A stretch of DNA of 63,004 bases, counting the filler. It is 9 parts of 9 records of this genome, joined end to end, with 100 filler letters (N's around TTAATTAATTAA, not from the genome) between each part and the next. Parts side by side here need not be neighbours in the genome. Positions count along the whole stretch, not along the records: positions 11,078 to 14,310 come from SRR7504441_6102; positions 14,411 to 22,194 come from SRR7504441_6105; positions 22,295 to 28,982 come from SRR7504441_6107; 6 more parts are not named here. One strand, given 5' to 3'. Below are positions 11,276 to 22,341 of the stretch, in pieces; within the stretch, counting starts at the first letter, position 1, and each line of letters begins with the position of its first letter. The position numbers were made by a program, and so were the translations under genes. The notes under the pieces are model-generated. The model saw only the letters and a list, made by a program, of their open reading frames with translations. It had not been told where the DNA came from and ran no database searches.

Positions 11276-14116
11276 TCAAAGCTCATCCAGCCTCGGTTGC
11301 CGTGCAGCTCGTCCTCGACTCGCAATATCTCGCAACATGTCTGCCCATGCAGGAGCGGCGCCCGTGCTTCGGAACAGCCGGCGCGAGCCGGCCTTTATTC
11401 GTGCGCGAAGTGCCTGTGACGCGGCGTTGTCCCGCGCAATGCTCACTGCAATCCGAACGTAGTCCGCTTCATCCTTGGCAATTAGCTCGCGAACTCCCAT
11501 CACGTTATAGTAAGCCTGCGTCCACCGCTCTCCGACCAACCTGCGCGGGAGGGTCACGACAGGCGCACCCGTCTCAAACGCCTCTCGCGTGGTGGTGTCG
11601 CCCCCGAAATTGACAGAGTCGAGCACAACGTCGGTCAGTTTGTAGAGCGCCATCAGCTGCGGATGCGCCATCCGCGGAATGAAAACGACGCGCGAAGTGT
11701 CGACGCCGCTGTCGAGGAGCCGCTTCTCGAGCCGTGCGTGTAGGTGCTTAAGGTCACCCACCATTTGGACTAGAATGAGCACGGCGCCGGGGTCGGCCCG
11801 CTGGATGCTTGCCAGTATCTCATCGAAGCTGAAGTCGAACTTGAACGACGCCTGTGCACAGAAGTACCATGTCGCTCCGTGGCGAAGCAGCCGACGCCGC
11901 GCCTCGTCGCTCGGCAGGAAATCGAGGGTTTCCCTCGTGTAGTGCCCCCAGCTGCTCGCGCCCGGCTCCGCCATGGTGCTGTGCTCATCTGGAGTGTTGC
12001 GCGGCTCCCAATACTCCCACACGACACTCGCGGGCAGCAGCACAAGCTCCTCCGTGTAATGTGCCTGCGCCTGCTCCGCCGGCAATTCGGCCGCGGCCCA
12101 ACTGATGTAGTAGTGCATGACACTCCGCGGAATGGCGGACGTCACCGGATGCCCGTGCGTGCAAGCCTGCACTGGCGCCAAGCGCGAGAGGGCGAGCTGA
12201 TGCAGCTCGGGCGTCATCCACAGATCCAAATACACAAGGACGTCCAGATCTGCCTGGGCTATCGCCACTCGCGCCTCTTGCAGACCTTGCAGTGTGGGGC
12301 CGAACCCGACGAGATAGATGTTGTTCTCAGGCGTGGGTGAGAGCCGCTTAGACGCTGGAGTGATGGGAGACCTTGGGTAGTAAATGAGGACAACCTCTAT
12401 CCCCTCGGACGGAAGACGACGGATCGTCTCCCCGAAGCTGCCCCAGATGCTCGACTGCGGGGTGAAGAAGGACGAGAGAAAGCCCACCCTCAGCCGACGG
12501 GTCGCCTTGACCCTCAGCTGTTGGAGGTGCGGCGACACCGAAAGCAGCCCAGGGATTACCTTGACGTGCAGTGCCACCCAGTTCTCGAGCAGAGAGCGGC
12601 GGTCCGCGGTCTCATAGTATGCGAGTGGAAAGCCCGAGCTGAAGCAGCCGGTTCGATCGATTGTTAGCTTCGGCTTGGACAGCAAGCGCTCAGCGTCGGT
12701 CCGGTACTGCCGCACGAATGAGCGGGCCTCACCGCGACTGAGAGGGATATGTGGCACGAGCGTCGATCGAAAAACGTCCCAGCAGTCGTTTGGGGCAGCT
12801 TTGGAGGCAATGGCCTTTGCAAGCCACTCCGCCGCAAGCTCGTACTGATGCCTAGACGCCCTGTACCAACCGATGCGCGCCACAAGGTCGTAGCCCTGCG
12901 CCGAGTTGTATGAGATGCTCGGCTCAGCCTTGTTCGAGAGAGCTAACTCAAACCTCCACACAGCTTGCTCCACGTCCGTCGCGACTTCGAGCATGCCGAG
13001 CTGGACCAGCACGGTGCTGTTGAACGGCGCGAGCGCAAGCGCCCTCTTGTACTGCTCCGCCGCACTGACCGTGCCCAGTTTCATCTCGGGGAGCTGCTTG
13101 TCACTCGCTCGCTGCTCCTGACTGTCCAGCAGATCGCGCCATTCCACAATTCGGCTGTCCCAACCGTAGGCTTCGTCGGCGAATCGCTTCTGCTGCTGTA
13201 GCTTCGCTTGCCGTCCCTCGTCCCAATAGGTGGCGATGACCCCATCCAGCACCCGCATGAACTGCAACATGTGCTGAGCCGGGTCAGCAGTGTGCTGGTA
13301 CATGGTCGCGAATCCGCTTAGGGTCTCCGGCAGCGCGCCAAGGTCCGAGGCCACCACCGCGCACCCGGCGCTCATTGCCTCCATCGCCGCCAGGCAGCTG
13401 GTCTCGGACCAGACGCTCGGGTAGGCGAACACGTGAGCCTTGAGCAGCGCCGCCCGCACCTCATCGTTCGACACTGTCCCGTGGTACCGGCAGCCCGGCA
13501 ACCTTCGACAGGCCTCATAGACCTCCTCGAACGCCTTGTCTCTCTGGGCAAAGGCAGGGCCATAGATCCGAAAGCTCGAGTAAACATCGAGCTCGATCGC
13601 TGCGCCGTATCTCTTGCGGAGCTCGCCGAAGACCGGGATAAGCAGGTGCAGTCCTCTGTGCGGGGTGGTGTGGTAGATCAGGCGGAGCGCCCCCGCTCGA
13701 GGCTTGGCTACGGCCGGGAGCGGCACGATAGCGTTCTTGAGGACCGCTGCCTCGCTACGCTGGATGCCATAGCGCTCGGCATACCTTGCGAACTGCCATT
13801 CTGAGACAAACACCAGTCGCCAGAACCGGGCCCTCGACTGTGGGTGCTGCAGGTGATGGCTCTCTGGATCTTCGGGTAAGTCGTGGAGCCACAGCACGTG
13901 GGACTTGCCCTCGGGGAGCTCCCGCACGCGCGACATGACGAAATTGTACTTGGCGAGGTGGCGCGGTTCGAGTCGCGATAGCAGCCCATCGCGCATCGCC
14001 TCGGTGCCGCCTCGAGCGAAGGGGATGGAGCCGTTGCTCAGGAGCCAATCCTCGCTCGCAGCAGTGCCAGCCCAGCCCAGCAGCAGCAGCAGCAGCAGCA
14101 CCGCGGTCTGTGCCAT
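11276..14116 (-). CDS. Signal-peptide protein: GT4 glycosyltransferase + TPR-like helices + GT41 (OGT/SPINDLY/HMW1C-like) domain; intronless
   Basis: Signal MAQTAVLLLLLLLGWAGTAA. GT4 AHVFAYPSVWSETSCLAAMEAMSAG. GT41 RLRVGFLS, RLAPVQACTHGHPVTS, DVVLDSVNFGGDTTTREAFETGAPVVTLP. Ends in RLDEL. Confidence 0.9.
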   Translation of the reverse strand: MAQTAVLLLLLLLGWAGTAASEDWLLSNGSIPFARGGTEAMRDGLLSRLEPRHLAKYNFVMSRVRELPEGKSHVLWLHDLPEDPESHHLQHPQSRARFWRLVFVSEWQFARYAERYGIQRSEAAVLKNAIVPLPAVAKPRAGALRLIYHTTPHRGLHLLIPVFGELRKRYGAAIELDVYSSFRIYGPAFAQRDKAFEEVYEACRRLPGCRYHGTVSNDEVRAALLKAHVFAYPSVWSETSCLAAMEAMSAGCAVVASDLGALPETLSGFATMYQHTADPAQHMLQFMRVLDGVIATYWDEGRQAKLQQQKRFADEAYGWDSRIVEWRDLLDSQEQRASDKQLPEMKLGTVSAAEQYKRALALAPFNSTVLVQLGMLEVATDVEQAVWRFELALSNKAEPSISYNSAQGYDLVARIGWYRASRHQYELAAEWLAKAIASKAAPNDCWDVFRSTLVPHIPLSRGEARSFVRQYRTDAERLLSKPKLTIDRTGCFSSGFPLAYYETADRRSLLENWVALHVKVIPGLLSVSPHLQQLRVKATRRLRVGFLSSFFTPQSSIWGSFGETIRRLPSEGIEVVLIYYPRSPITPASKRLSPTPENNIYLVGFGPTLQGLQEARVAIAQADLDVLVYLDLWMTPELHQLALSRLAPVQACTHGHPVTSAIPRSVMHYYISWAAAELPAEQAQAHYTEELVLLPASVVWEYWEPRNTPDEHSTMAEPGASSWGHYTRETLDFLPSDEARRRLLRHGATWYFCAQASFKFDFSFDEILASIQRADPGAVLILVQMVGDLKHLHARLEKRLLDSGVDTSRVVFIPRMAHPQLMALYKLTDVVLDSVNFGGDTTTREAFETGAPVVTLPRRLVGERWTQAYYNVMGVRELIAKDEADYVRIAVSIARDNAASQALRARIKAGSRRLFRSTGAAPAWADMLRDIASRGRAARQPRLDEL

Positions 14117-14837
14117 TGCACCCTCGATCAGCTCCTGGCTTCCTGGTGCGGGCAGGGCCGCGCCAGCATCGGAGCCTGCGCCACAGTTGGAGCGGGGGAG
14201 CGGGCTGGGACACCGTAAAGACGTTCAGCTCGTTCGACCTGGGCCGAACGCCAGAAGCGTGAGCGCCGCCGCCCTGATCTGCGCACTCCAGCCCAACCGC
14301 TGATGTGCCANNNNNNNNNNNNNNNNNNNNNNNNNNNNNNNNNNNNNNNNNNNNTTAATTAATTAANNNNNNNNNNNNNNNNNNNNNNNNNNNNNNNNNN
14401 NNNNNNNNNNACCTCTAGTTCATCTCACCAGTAATTGGTATTATTCCGAATGTTTTGATAGTCAGTGGTGAAAGCGAAGCAATTGTAATCTATGGTTTAT
14501 CTGCATGTCATCATCGCGCAATGGCTCGATTGGTCGCCTAATGACGCTTTAAATTACGCCTAAATATTGGTCGCTCACATGTATGCACTCACTGGCACCG
14601 TACACACTTGCTCGTACTCAGGAGACATCGCGCTCGGTTAGTCCTGGTAGTCCGATGTTGTGCTACTCGCTTGGCCGTTTTCTTGTGAACTGACAGGGCT
14701 GGCGCGGGATGCTTCCATGACACTTCGCATAGTCCCGGCCGCTCTCCTGGTCGGCAAGCAATAAGCAGCTGCACAGGGATGCATCTAGTATATGCCTATG
14801 GTGTACGTAGCAGTGGCAAGAATGCTACAAGTCAGGG

Positions 14838-17794
14838 CTAACACCGGCTTAGCATCTCCACGCCGTTTGCCCAAATGCTTTCGCAGGCGTTGGCAGCGTC
14901 GGTCTTCTTTGCCCGCACTAGTTCCATCGCCTCCATTCCGGTGTTTGCAAAAGCTGCCTTCGCCAAGGCTGCTTGGCCAACTCCGTAATTAATTGCCTTG
15001 ATAAAGCTCCTCAGAGACAAGGAAACTTGGCAGCGGACCTTATATATATATGGACCAGTCGAGGCTGCGGTGGACTGGCCTGTTCTCTCATTTGAAGCTT
15101 CGAGCACCTGCCATCTGTCGGCCCCACCAGCCGCTGAACTAAGGTCAAGCTGATTACCTCCGCGATGCGGATCTCGATTGAGTGATCGGCGTGCGCTATC
15201 CACACCTGAAGTTCGGGTCAATCTCAAACAGAGCTGCATTTGCCTGTAGGAGTGCTGCATGCGAATTGACCACACAGCACATCGTAGTCACTGCGCTGGG
15301 GCCACAGAATTGCCGAATGGCAGCATGTGTACTAGCATCGTATGCAACCACGCTTCCGTCCTTGTGCCCTGCCCAAACCTTGGCAAGACTCAGTTTAAAT
15401 CAACCAGGGAGCTGCACCTGGGAGCCCGCTTGCACCAGTGCCCTCACTGAGCTTTGAGCATGGCTAACCTGCAGATTGGGCATTTGATGTCAAATCAATC
15501 TAGAGTCACACCGTAGCTCGCTCTTGAGAGGCTTCGCGTATTGCCAGAATCGAACCATCGTTACAGCCAACCCAAATCTCTTGCGTTGACGAAACGCTGC
15601 CGTTTCGTGAGTGACGGGTGGGGAGGTGACTCACGAGGTAATCGCCTCCGTGTGGCTGGCCAGCGCGACGGACGAAAGGGGCGGGATCATGCACAGCCCT
15701 TCAGCAGGCCCGTTCTGCAGCGAAAGGCTCTCTATTGCAGCATCTGCGGAACTTGCTGAGTACGTAAGAACTCCCTCTGCGCAAAACTGCTCAGCCGCAG
15801 ACCTGAAGGCCAGTGGGCACCCAGTGTTGCGAGCCAAAGATTTCCGAGCGAACCTGCGCATCCGCCTTGCCATTGCCATTTCCCTTTGGAGGCTAGCATC
15901 GCTCCAAGCACAGGATCGCTGTCACAGCCATCCTGTGGTCGGTACCACAGAGTGCAACTGCCTTCTTCACAACCAACTGCGACCAGGCTGCGTCCATCCA
16001 GTCAGTCAAGTGGCTCGGATGCTCAACTTACTCGCCCCAGGCGCAGATCATCCGCACCGAAGCCCTCAGCGAGCTCGACCAGTCCCAGGCCCCGGTCTGA
16101 AGCGGGGCGATGAAAGCACCAGTGGCGTTGTACCGATGGACCACCATTCCGTTTCCGCCAACCCACACCTGGGCCCAGCTGCCCAGCTAGCCAGGCTTGC
16201 CAGCACCTCGGGGTGGACCAGCGCCATCGCTCTGATCTGCCACTCATGTGACGGCGCCCCAGCACCGATTGGCGAGTCAGGCAGCCCTGGCCCAATCTCA
16301 CGCCCAGCTAACGGACTAGCTCGCCTGCGGAGCACGTGTACACGGAGCCAACCGAGTCGATCAGCCGGAGCGGCTGATCAGCACAGCTCGACCATACGTC
16401 TTGCCCGCTTACACACAAACGTATGCTGTCCGAGGCCACGCCTGCCAGGTATTCCAACGATAGCCCTAAACATTGCATCACCTGCAGAGCAGTGGTGCCG
16501 CATGGTGGCCATTGGTTGCAGCCGAGCCCCCCAGAACAGATCAGCCGGGCCAACCGCTTGCCGGCGGTGGAATGCACGGCTGGCCATCAGGTCCACTGCT
16601 CGCGTCGCGCCAATCTGATTAAACGCAGCGTCGGTGATTGTCCTATGATCGGTGGTGGCAGCTGTCTGCTCCACCACGGAGATGAGTGCATGAGGATCGC
16701 TGCACTCCAAAAGAGCATCCCCCGCCAGCACAAACAGCGCCAGCACAAACCGGGTGAGCATCTCGGGGCCGAGCAGCAGCATCGCGTCCCAGATCCGGAG
16801 CACGAGCGCCCCGGGGGATAGGCTGGTCGCACAGTGCTGCAGCCACGAGCACCTACCCAACCGGCTCACGCCAATCAACCAGCTGACACACAGCGTCGGC
16901 GCCAGCACCTCGGACCGCCACACCCCGGCCTGGACCAGCCGGGTTGCGAGCTGATGCTGCGGCCAGCTAGTGAGGCCTGCGGCTCAAGGCAGGCACCGGC
17001 AGTTTTGTGAGGATCTGATCAACCAGCATCTCGGCCTCGCACTGAGCGGCTCGGCCGGACGAGAACACTTGCCCGAACCAGTCCTCGCACACCAGGCAGA
17101 GCAGCCAGTAGCTGGCGGCCTCGTTCATCGAAGTGGCCTCCAGAATCAGCCTTGCGATCGAGGTGATTTGAGCCGCGAGAGCGTGCAGCTTCGGATGGCC
17201 TGACCCTCTCATGGGACCCGGCACACCCAACCGCTACCGCACGAGAACACATGCAGCACCGACCGGAGCGCCCTCAGCTTGCCTTCCGCCAGCGCCGGGT
17301 TGGCGCTCTTCCAACCTGCCCCGACTGACCTGCGCGGCCCAACCGACAGGTAGGGTACCCTCGGTTTGGGCATCTATCGCCGCGTCAAACTCGAGTGCCA
17401 GCGACGAGGCCCCCGTGGCGAGGTACCCGCGCACTGCATCGTAGCTCATTCCGGCCCGCTGCTCCTTGTCTGCAGCCTTCGAGAGCTGGAGCCACACTGC
17501 GCTCCGGAGCTCCCGCGGACACCCGCCTTCGAGCAGCAGCTGGCGCAGCCGGACCGGGCTGGCCAGCTCGGAATCCGCCAGCAGCGCCTTCCATTCCTCG
17601 AACGCGCTCTGCTCCGGCGGGCTGCCGCACTCGTCCCGGGCCTTCTCGGCGTTCATCACCGAGAGCAGCTCGCGCTCGAGCGCCATCCGCTCCGGCTTGG
17701 AGAGCGACCGGCGGGGCCGGGGCTGGTCCGACCCCGCGTGCTCGCTGCTCCCGAGGTCCACCGTGCTCAGCTCCTCCGACGACGCCTCCAGCAT
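14838..17794 (-). CDS. TBC-domain (Rab-GAP) protein with a long C-terminal region, multi-exon
   Basis: LRQLLLEGGCPRELRSAVWLQLS, MNEAASYWLLCLVCE, LVLRIWDAMLLLGPEMLTRFVLALF. WD40-like EIWVGCNDGSI. The 3' exon structure is uncertain. Confidence 0.75.
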
Positions 17795-17937
17795 CTCCGG
17801 CAGGTGCTGCCCAGGTGCTGCCCTCGGCACTCCGGCTCTTCGGGCTGTCAGCTGTCTGTCAGCTGCAGCCAGCTCGTTTTTTCATAATTTATCATTATGG
17901 ATCCCTACCAGGTTTAGAAAGTTCGGGTCCCCCGGAC

Positions 17938-18728
17938 ATGCCGCAGTACGGCGAGGATGGGTATTGGGACCAGCGGTACGCAGAGAGCCAGACCGAGCAC
18001 TTCGAGTGGTACGCCTCGTTCCTCGAGATACAAGACAAGGTGATGGCCGCCTGCAAGGACATGAATGCACGGGTGCTGATTGTGGGATGCGGCAACTCCC
18101 GTCAGCCCCTGCGCTGCGTGCGGGAGCCAGCCGGGGACAGGGTTTGCGGAGCAGATATACGAGGCAGGCTGGACCAGGGTGACCAACATTGACATCTCCG
18201 GCACAGTGATTAAGAAGATGGGTGGCAAATATAGCAGCTCCCACCCCACAATCAAATGTGACCAGCCTCACGGCCAGCTCCCACCGCCCGGCAGGGCTCC
18301 AGATGGACGCCCGGAAGATGGAGCAGTTCGACGATGCCAGCTTTGAACTGGTGTTCGATAAAGGTCGCTGCCAGCGGGCCAGCCCAACACCAATGCGGGA
18401 TCGCAGGCACCCTGGACAGCTTGCTTTGCGGATGCTCGAGTGAAGGCTCTGCGCTCCAGCTCAACTCAGAAGTCGACCGGGTGCTGCTGCGCAGGCAGTT
18501 TGGCTGGACCGTCGGCTGGTTGGCAGGTGCTGGCGCCGGGGGGGGTCTATATCAACTTCTCGTACGGGGAGCCGGCCGAGCGGATTAAACACTTCTCACG
18601 GCCAGAATACTCCTGGGTGGCAGAACACTCCCCTGTCGGTGCCGCATCTAGTCAGGCGGGTGGTGCCTTCAGCTCTCGTGGGTACAGGCACATACTATTT
18701 CTACAAAATGACGAAACCTGAGTTCTAA
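17938..18728 (+). CDS. Class I SAM methyltransferase (EEF1AKMT4 / METTL13-N-like), 5 introns
   Basis: YWDQRY, FEWY, VLIVGCGNS, NIDIS, FDKGTLD, VLAPGG after removing GT-AG introns (e.g. 18101-18140, 18481-18526). Confidence 0.92.
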
Positions 18729-19133
18729 TCTGGAGAGCAGAGACTAGTGCAGTGAATTAATTTATGAAGGCACATCTAGGCACATCGTCATCATCTCAAG
18801 ATTTGATGATAATTTGATGGTGACATTGTGGACACGCTAGGACACGCGGGTACTCATGCAAGTATGCGATTTCCAATGACACATTATTATGATAGTCGAA
18901 TGATACAAGCAGTTAGAATTATTAGTACTCGTACAACTACAATAGTACTGAGATCATTAGTAGATCCAGTGCTCCGCGCAATTAACGCCCGTCTTTCGAG
19001 TGCTCAAAACTCGAGAAGATTGTGAGTAGTTGGTTACATGTGTATCGAGTAGCCTGGCTTATTAAGTTGTGCCTAGAAGTCCTGCTAAAGTTACGTTGTG
19101 CTGGTACTTATAATAGAGTCTCTTGTCCTCCGT

Positions 19134-21278
19134 CTATCCTCCGTCCTCTCGTATAGTTGGGTCGCCTCGGGCTGCGACTTCGTCTAGATCGCAATGGTGC
19201 ACCCTAATTGCACCAAGCATTCTCTCTGGCAACTCATCCTGATTCGGCCAGGCTCAGCACGTGAGATACAGGGCGCCACTCACTTCTCGCTTGCCCTCTA
19301 GCACGAACCCCATGTCGACCACAAGCTCTTTGGCCGCTCCCTTGCACATGGACATTATCTGGCCCACCCAGCTCGCAGCCAGCAGCCTGGTTGGCATACC
19401 TTGCCAGCCACTACGTTCGAGCAGACGTCGATGTCCACCTCAGTGTAGCCATCGCCGTGAAAGTGCCGCATCTCCAGCTTGGACCCCAGGATGGCCGGCG
19501 TGCTCCCGACCTGCGCCCACTCAGCCAGCCCACACCAATGGCTAACCCTAACCCTAACCCTAAGGCCCACACGAATGGCTACCGCCCGCCGGACCAGCCA
19601 GGGGCCCTCGATGATCCGTGGGATGAACTTGAGTCTCGACTGCCGAAACTTGCTGTTGGTCGGGCGCATGAAATGATCGAGCATCTTGCCAAACACGCCC
19701 ATCGGCTCCGTATCCGCCAGCTCAAAGTATATCGCAAAGCTATACCTACCCAGGCCGTCCCAACCAGCCAGGCTCGCTCATACCCGGGCACCATCCAGCT
19801 GAGCACGAACATCCTGCCAGCCGGCTCGCCCCGCCGGCGCTGGTTCCGGCGCCATTTCTGCGGATCGCTGGTCACAGGCTCGAGATTAGGCAGACCTGGA
19901 AGACGGAGCCCGGCCACTGGGCGATGTTGGGCTTGGGGTCCTGGCAGGCGAACAAGTCGACCCCGACCACGCGGCAGAAAGAGTCGGCAGACGGCTGCTT
20001 GATCCTGTGCGACAGATAGCCCGGGCTCCGCACTTGGAACTCGCTCCCCGGCAGCTCAGACCAGACGTTCCGGCCATGGCCCGAGCTACTCAGCGGATAG
20101 CAGCCCCGCTCGTCTTCTATGGGGCCCTCCGGCACAGGCGTACTTGGGGACTCGGGCAGTGCACCCAACAGCTGGGCATCCTCACCGACCGGCGACTCGA
20201 TCAGTGGGCTGGGGGTCCTCTCTAGCTGGTCGCTGGGCGGGGCCAGGTTGAGCAGCGACCAGACCTGTCCTGTCCGGTCCGGGCCGCCCAACCCTAAAGT
20301 GGCACCTGCTCGGGCGAGTCAAAGAACCTGAGCCGGTCAGCCAGCGAAGGTGCCTGCTGCGATACCTGGCCCACCGGTGATCAGCTGGGGGACCTGGGCA
20401 GCCGGCGCCTTGAGCTTGAGGAAGGTGTTCCAGTGGAACCCGCCGCCGACCACAGCGAGCAGCGACAGGCTGTTCAGGTACCTCGGCGCGAGCACCAGAC
20501 CAGCCGCCATCAGCCAGTCTGCGCTCACTTGCGGGCCTCTCTCCCCGAGCAGCAGCACCGCCGAGTAGAGCTGGTCGGTCAGGTGCGCCGTGCTCTTGAT
20601 CAAGTAGAGCAGCGCCCGATCCAGCCAGCCGGCCGCGCACCGCTCCACGCTCTCGGCTCTGAGCACGATCACCGGCATCCCGTCCACAGTGCTCCCCAGC
20701 TGCACTAGCCCGCTCTGCGCCATCTCCGGCAGCTCCTGCGTCCGCGCCAGGTACCAGAACCGACCAGCCACCACCTCCGGCCCGAGCTCGGCCGCGTCTG
20801 CCACCGAGAACTGCAGGTCGGCCGCCAGCTGCTCCCAGCCCGGGTACCGGAGGCAGCACCGGGCGCAGAGCGAGTCCTCGATCTGGTCGGTCATCCGGGC
20901 CCCGGCCTCGTCGCACCGGCGGCAGGGCACCACGCAGTTGTTGCACGAGGCGCACTGGTACACGTTCCGCCCGACGGTTTTGCTCTGGAGCAGCCGCTGG
21001 GTGGAGAACAGGAAGCACCAGGAGCACCAGGCGGTCCGGGTGAGCAGCCCAGTCACCTGGATAGGGTGGCAACGCAGGCAGAGCGTGTCAACCGCGTTCG
21101 AGTACTTCTGATGGGCCCGGGCCATCGCGTTGCACGAGATCATCATGCAGCGGGTGGTCATGCTGTGGCAGTTTGTGCAGCTGTAAAGGTTGCGCGACAG
21201 GGTGCGCTCCTGCACCAGGGTGTGCCTGGCAGGCTGCAGACACCAGCTGCACCAGGCCTCCTCCTCAACGATCGCCAT
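19134..21278 (-). CDS. Protein with two WCSWC Cys-rich repeats, a CRAL-TRIO/BCH-like domain and an EDR2 C-terminal (DUF1336) domain
   Basis: DUF1336 motifs FQVRSPGYLSHRIK, RLKFIPRIIEGPWLVRRAVGSTPAILG, YTEVDIDV, LVVDMGFVLEG, ELPERMLGAIR. BCH-like GSTVDGMPVIVL...APRYLNSL. Exons join in frame through intron-sized segments. Confidence 0.8.
19542..19563 (-). repeat. Interstitial telomeric repeat (TTAGGG)3+ inside a 72-nt intron
   Basis: ctaaccctaaccctaaccctaa within intron 19511-19582. Confidence 0.9.
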
Positions 21279-21435
21279 TCGGCACCCAGGCGGGCCCTGC
21301 CCACCCAAGGCTGCAGCTGGGGACTGCTCCACTCGCCAACGGCTTCAGTTCTTCGCAAACTGAAAGCAAATGGCGATACGCACCGTTTGAAGCAACCCAG
21401 CCGTGTGTGTCCCAGCTTTGTCGGGACCAGACAGT

Positions 21436-22194
21436 ATGACCATGCTGGAGAGCATCTCGCCAGAGAAGAAGGCCAAGCTGCACGCCCGGCGGGAGGCGCT
21501 CACCGAGGAGCGGAAGAAGGAGCGGCAGCACCTGGAGGACGAGTTCCAGCACATCGACTCAAAGCTCAAGTTTGGGTTCCGCAAGGCTTCCCCAGCCCGC
21601 CGCAGCCCAATCAGCTCGCCCAGCCAGGAGATCGAGAGCCGACTCGGCCAGATCAGGGCCGATCGCGACCGACTGAATGAACTGAAGCGGCAGCAGCGCG
21701 GGGCGGCCGAGATTCAGGCTTACGAGGCCTCGCTGCGCTCCCAGATGGAGTCGGCGAGCAACGAGGAGCGGCAGCGAAAGCTGGCCGCTGAGAGCAGGCG
21801 GCAGGTGCGGGTGCAGAAGCTGAGCTCTGTGTTCGGCGAGTTCGACTTGGACCAGTCGGGCGCGATCGAAATCAGCGAACTGCTCGAGCTGGGCGTGGCG
21901 CGGCGGGCCACAGGCCAGCGCACAGGCGACTGGTCGGTCGAGCGCAACCGGAAGATGCTTCAGAAGCTGGACACAGACCTGAACGGTACAGTGGAGCTGG
22001 CTGAGTTTGTGGAGCACTTTGATAGAGCGCTCCCGCATGACGACCAGAGCTTCGACAGGGCGATTCACGAGTTCCTCGAGGTGGCAAGGTTCGTCAAAGA
22101 GGAGCAGCAGGCGCTCGAGCAGCTCCAGCTCCAAAAGGCTGAAGAGAGCAAACAGAAGGTCGAAGAGAGCAAACAGCAGCGGATGGCGCACAGG
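21436..22194 (+). CDS. Coiled-coil + EF-hand pair protein, 3'-truncated
   Basis: EF loops DLDQSGAIEISE and DTDLNGTVELAE. Confidence 0.85.
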
Positions 22195-22341
22195 NNNNNN
22201 NNNNNNNNNNNNNNNNNNNNNNNNNNNNNNNNNNNNNNTTAATTAATTAANNNNNNNNNNNNNNNNNNNNNNNNNNNNNNNNNNNNNNNNNNNNCGCCTC
22301 ACTTGGGCCCGCGGTTTTTTCCAAGGGAGCAAGTCGTTACG

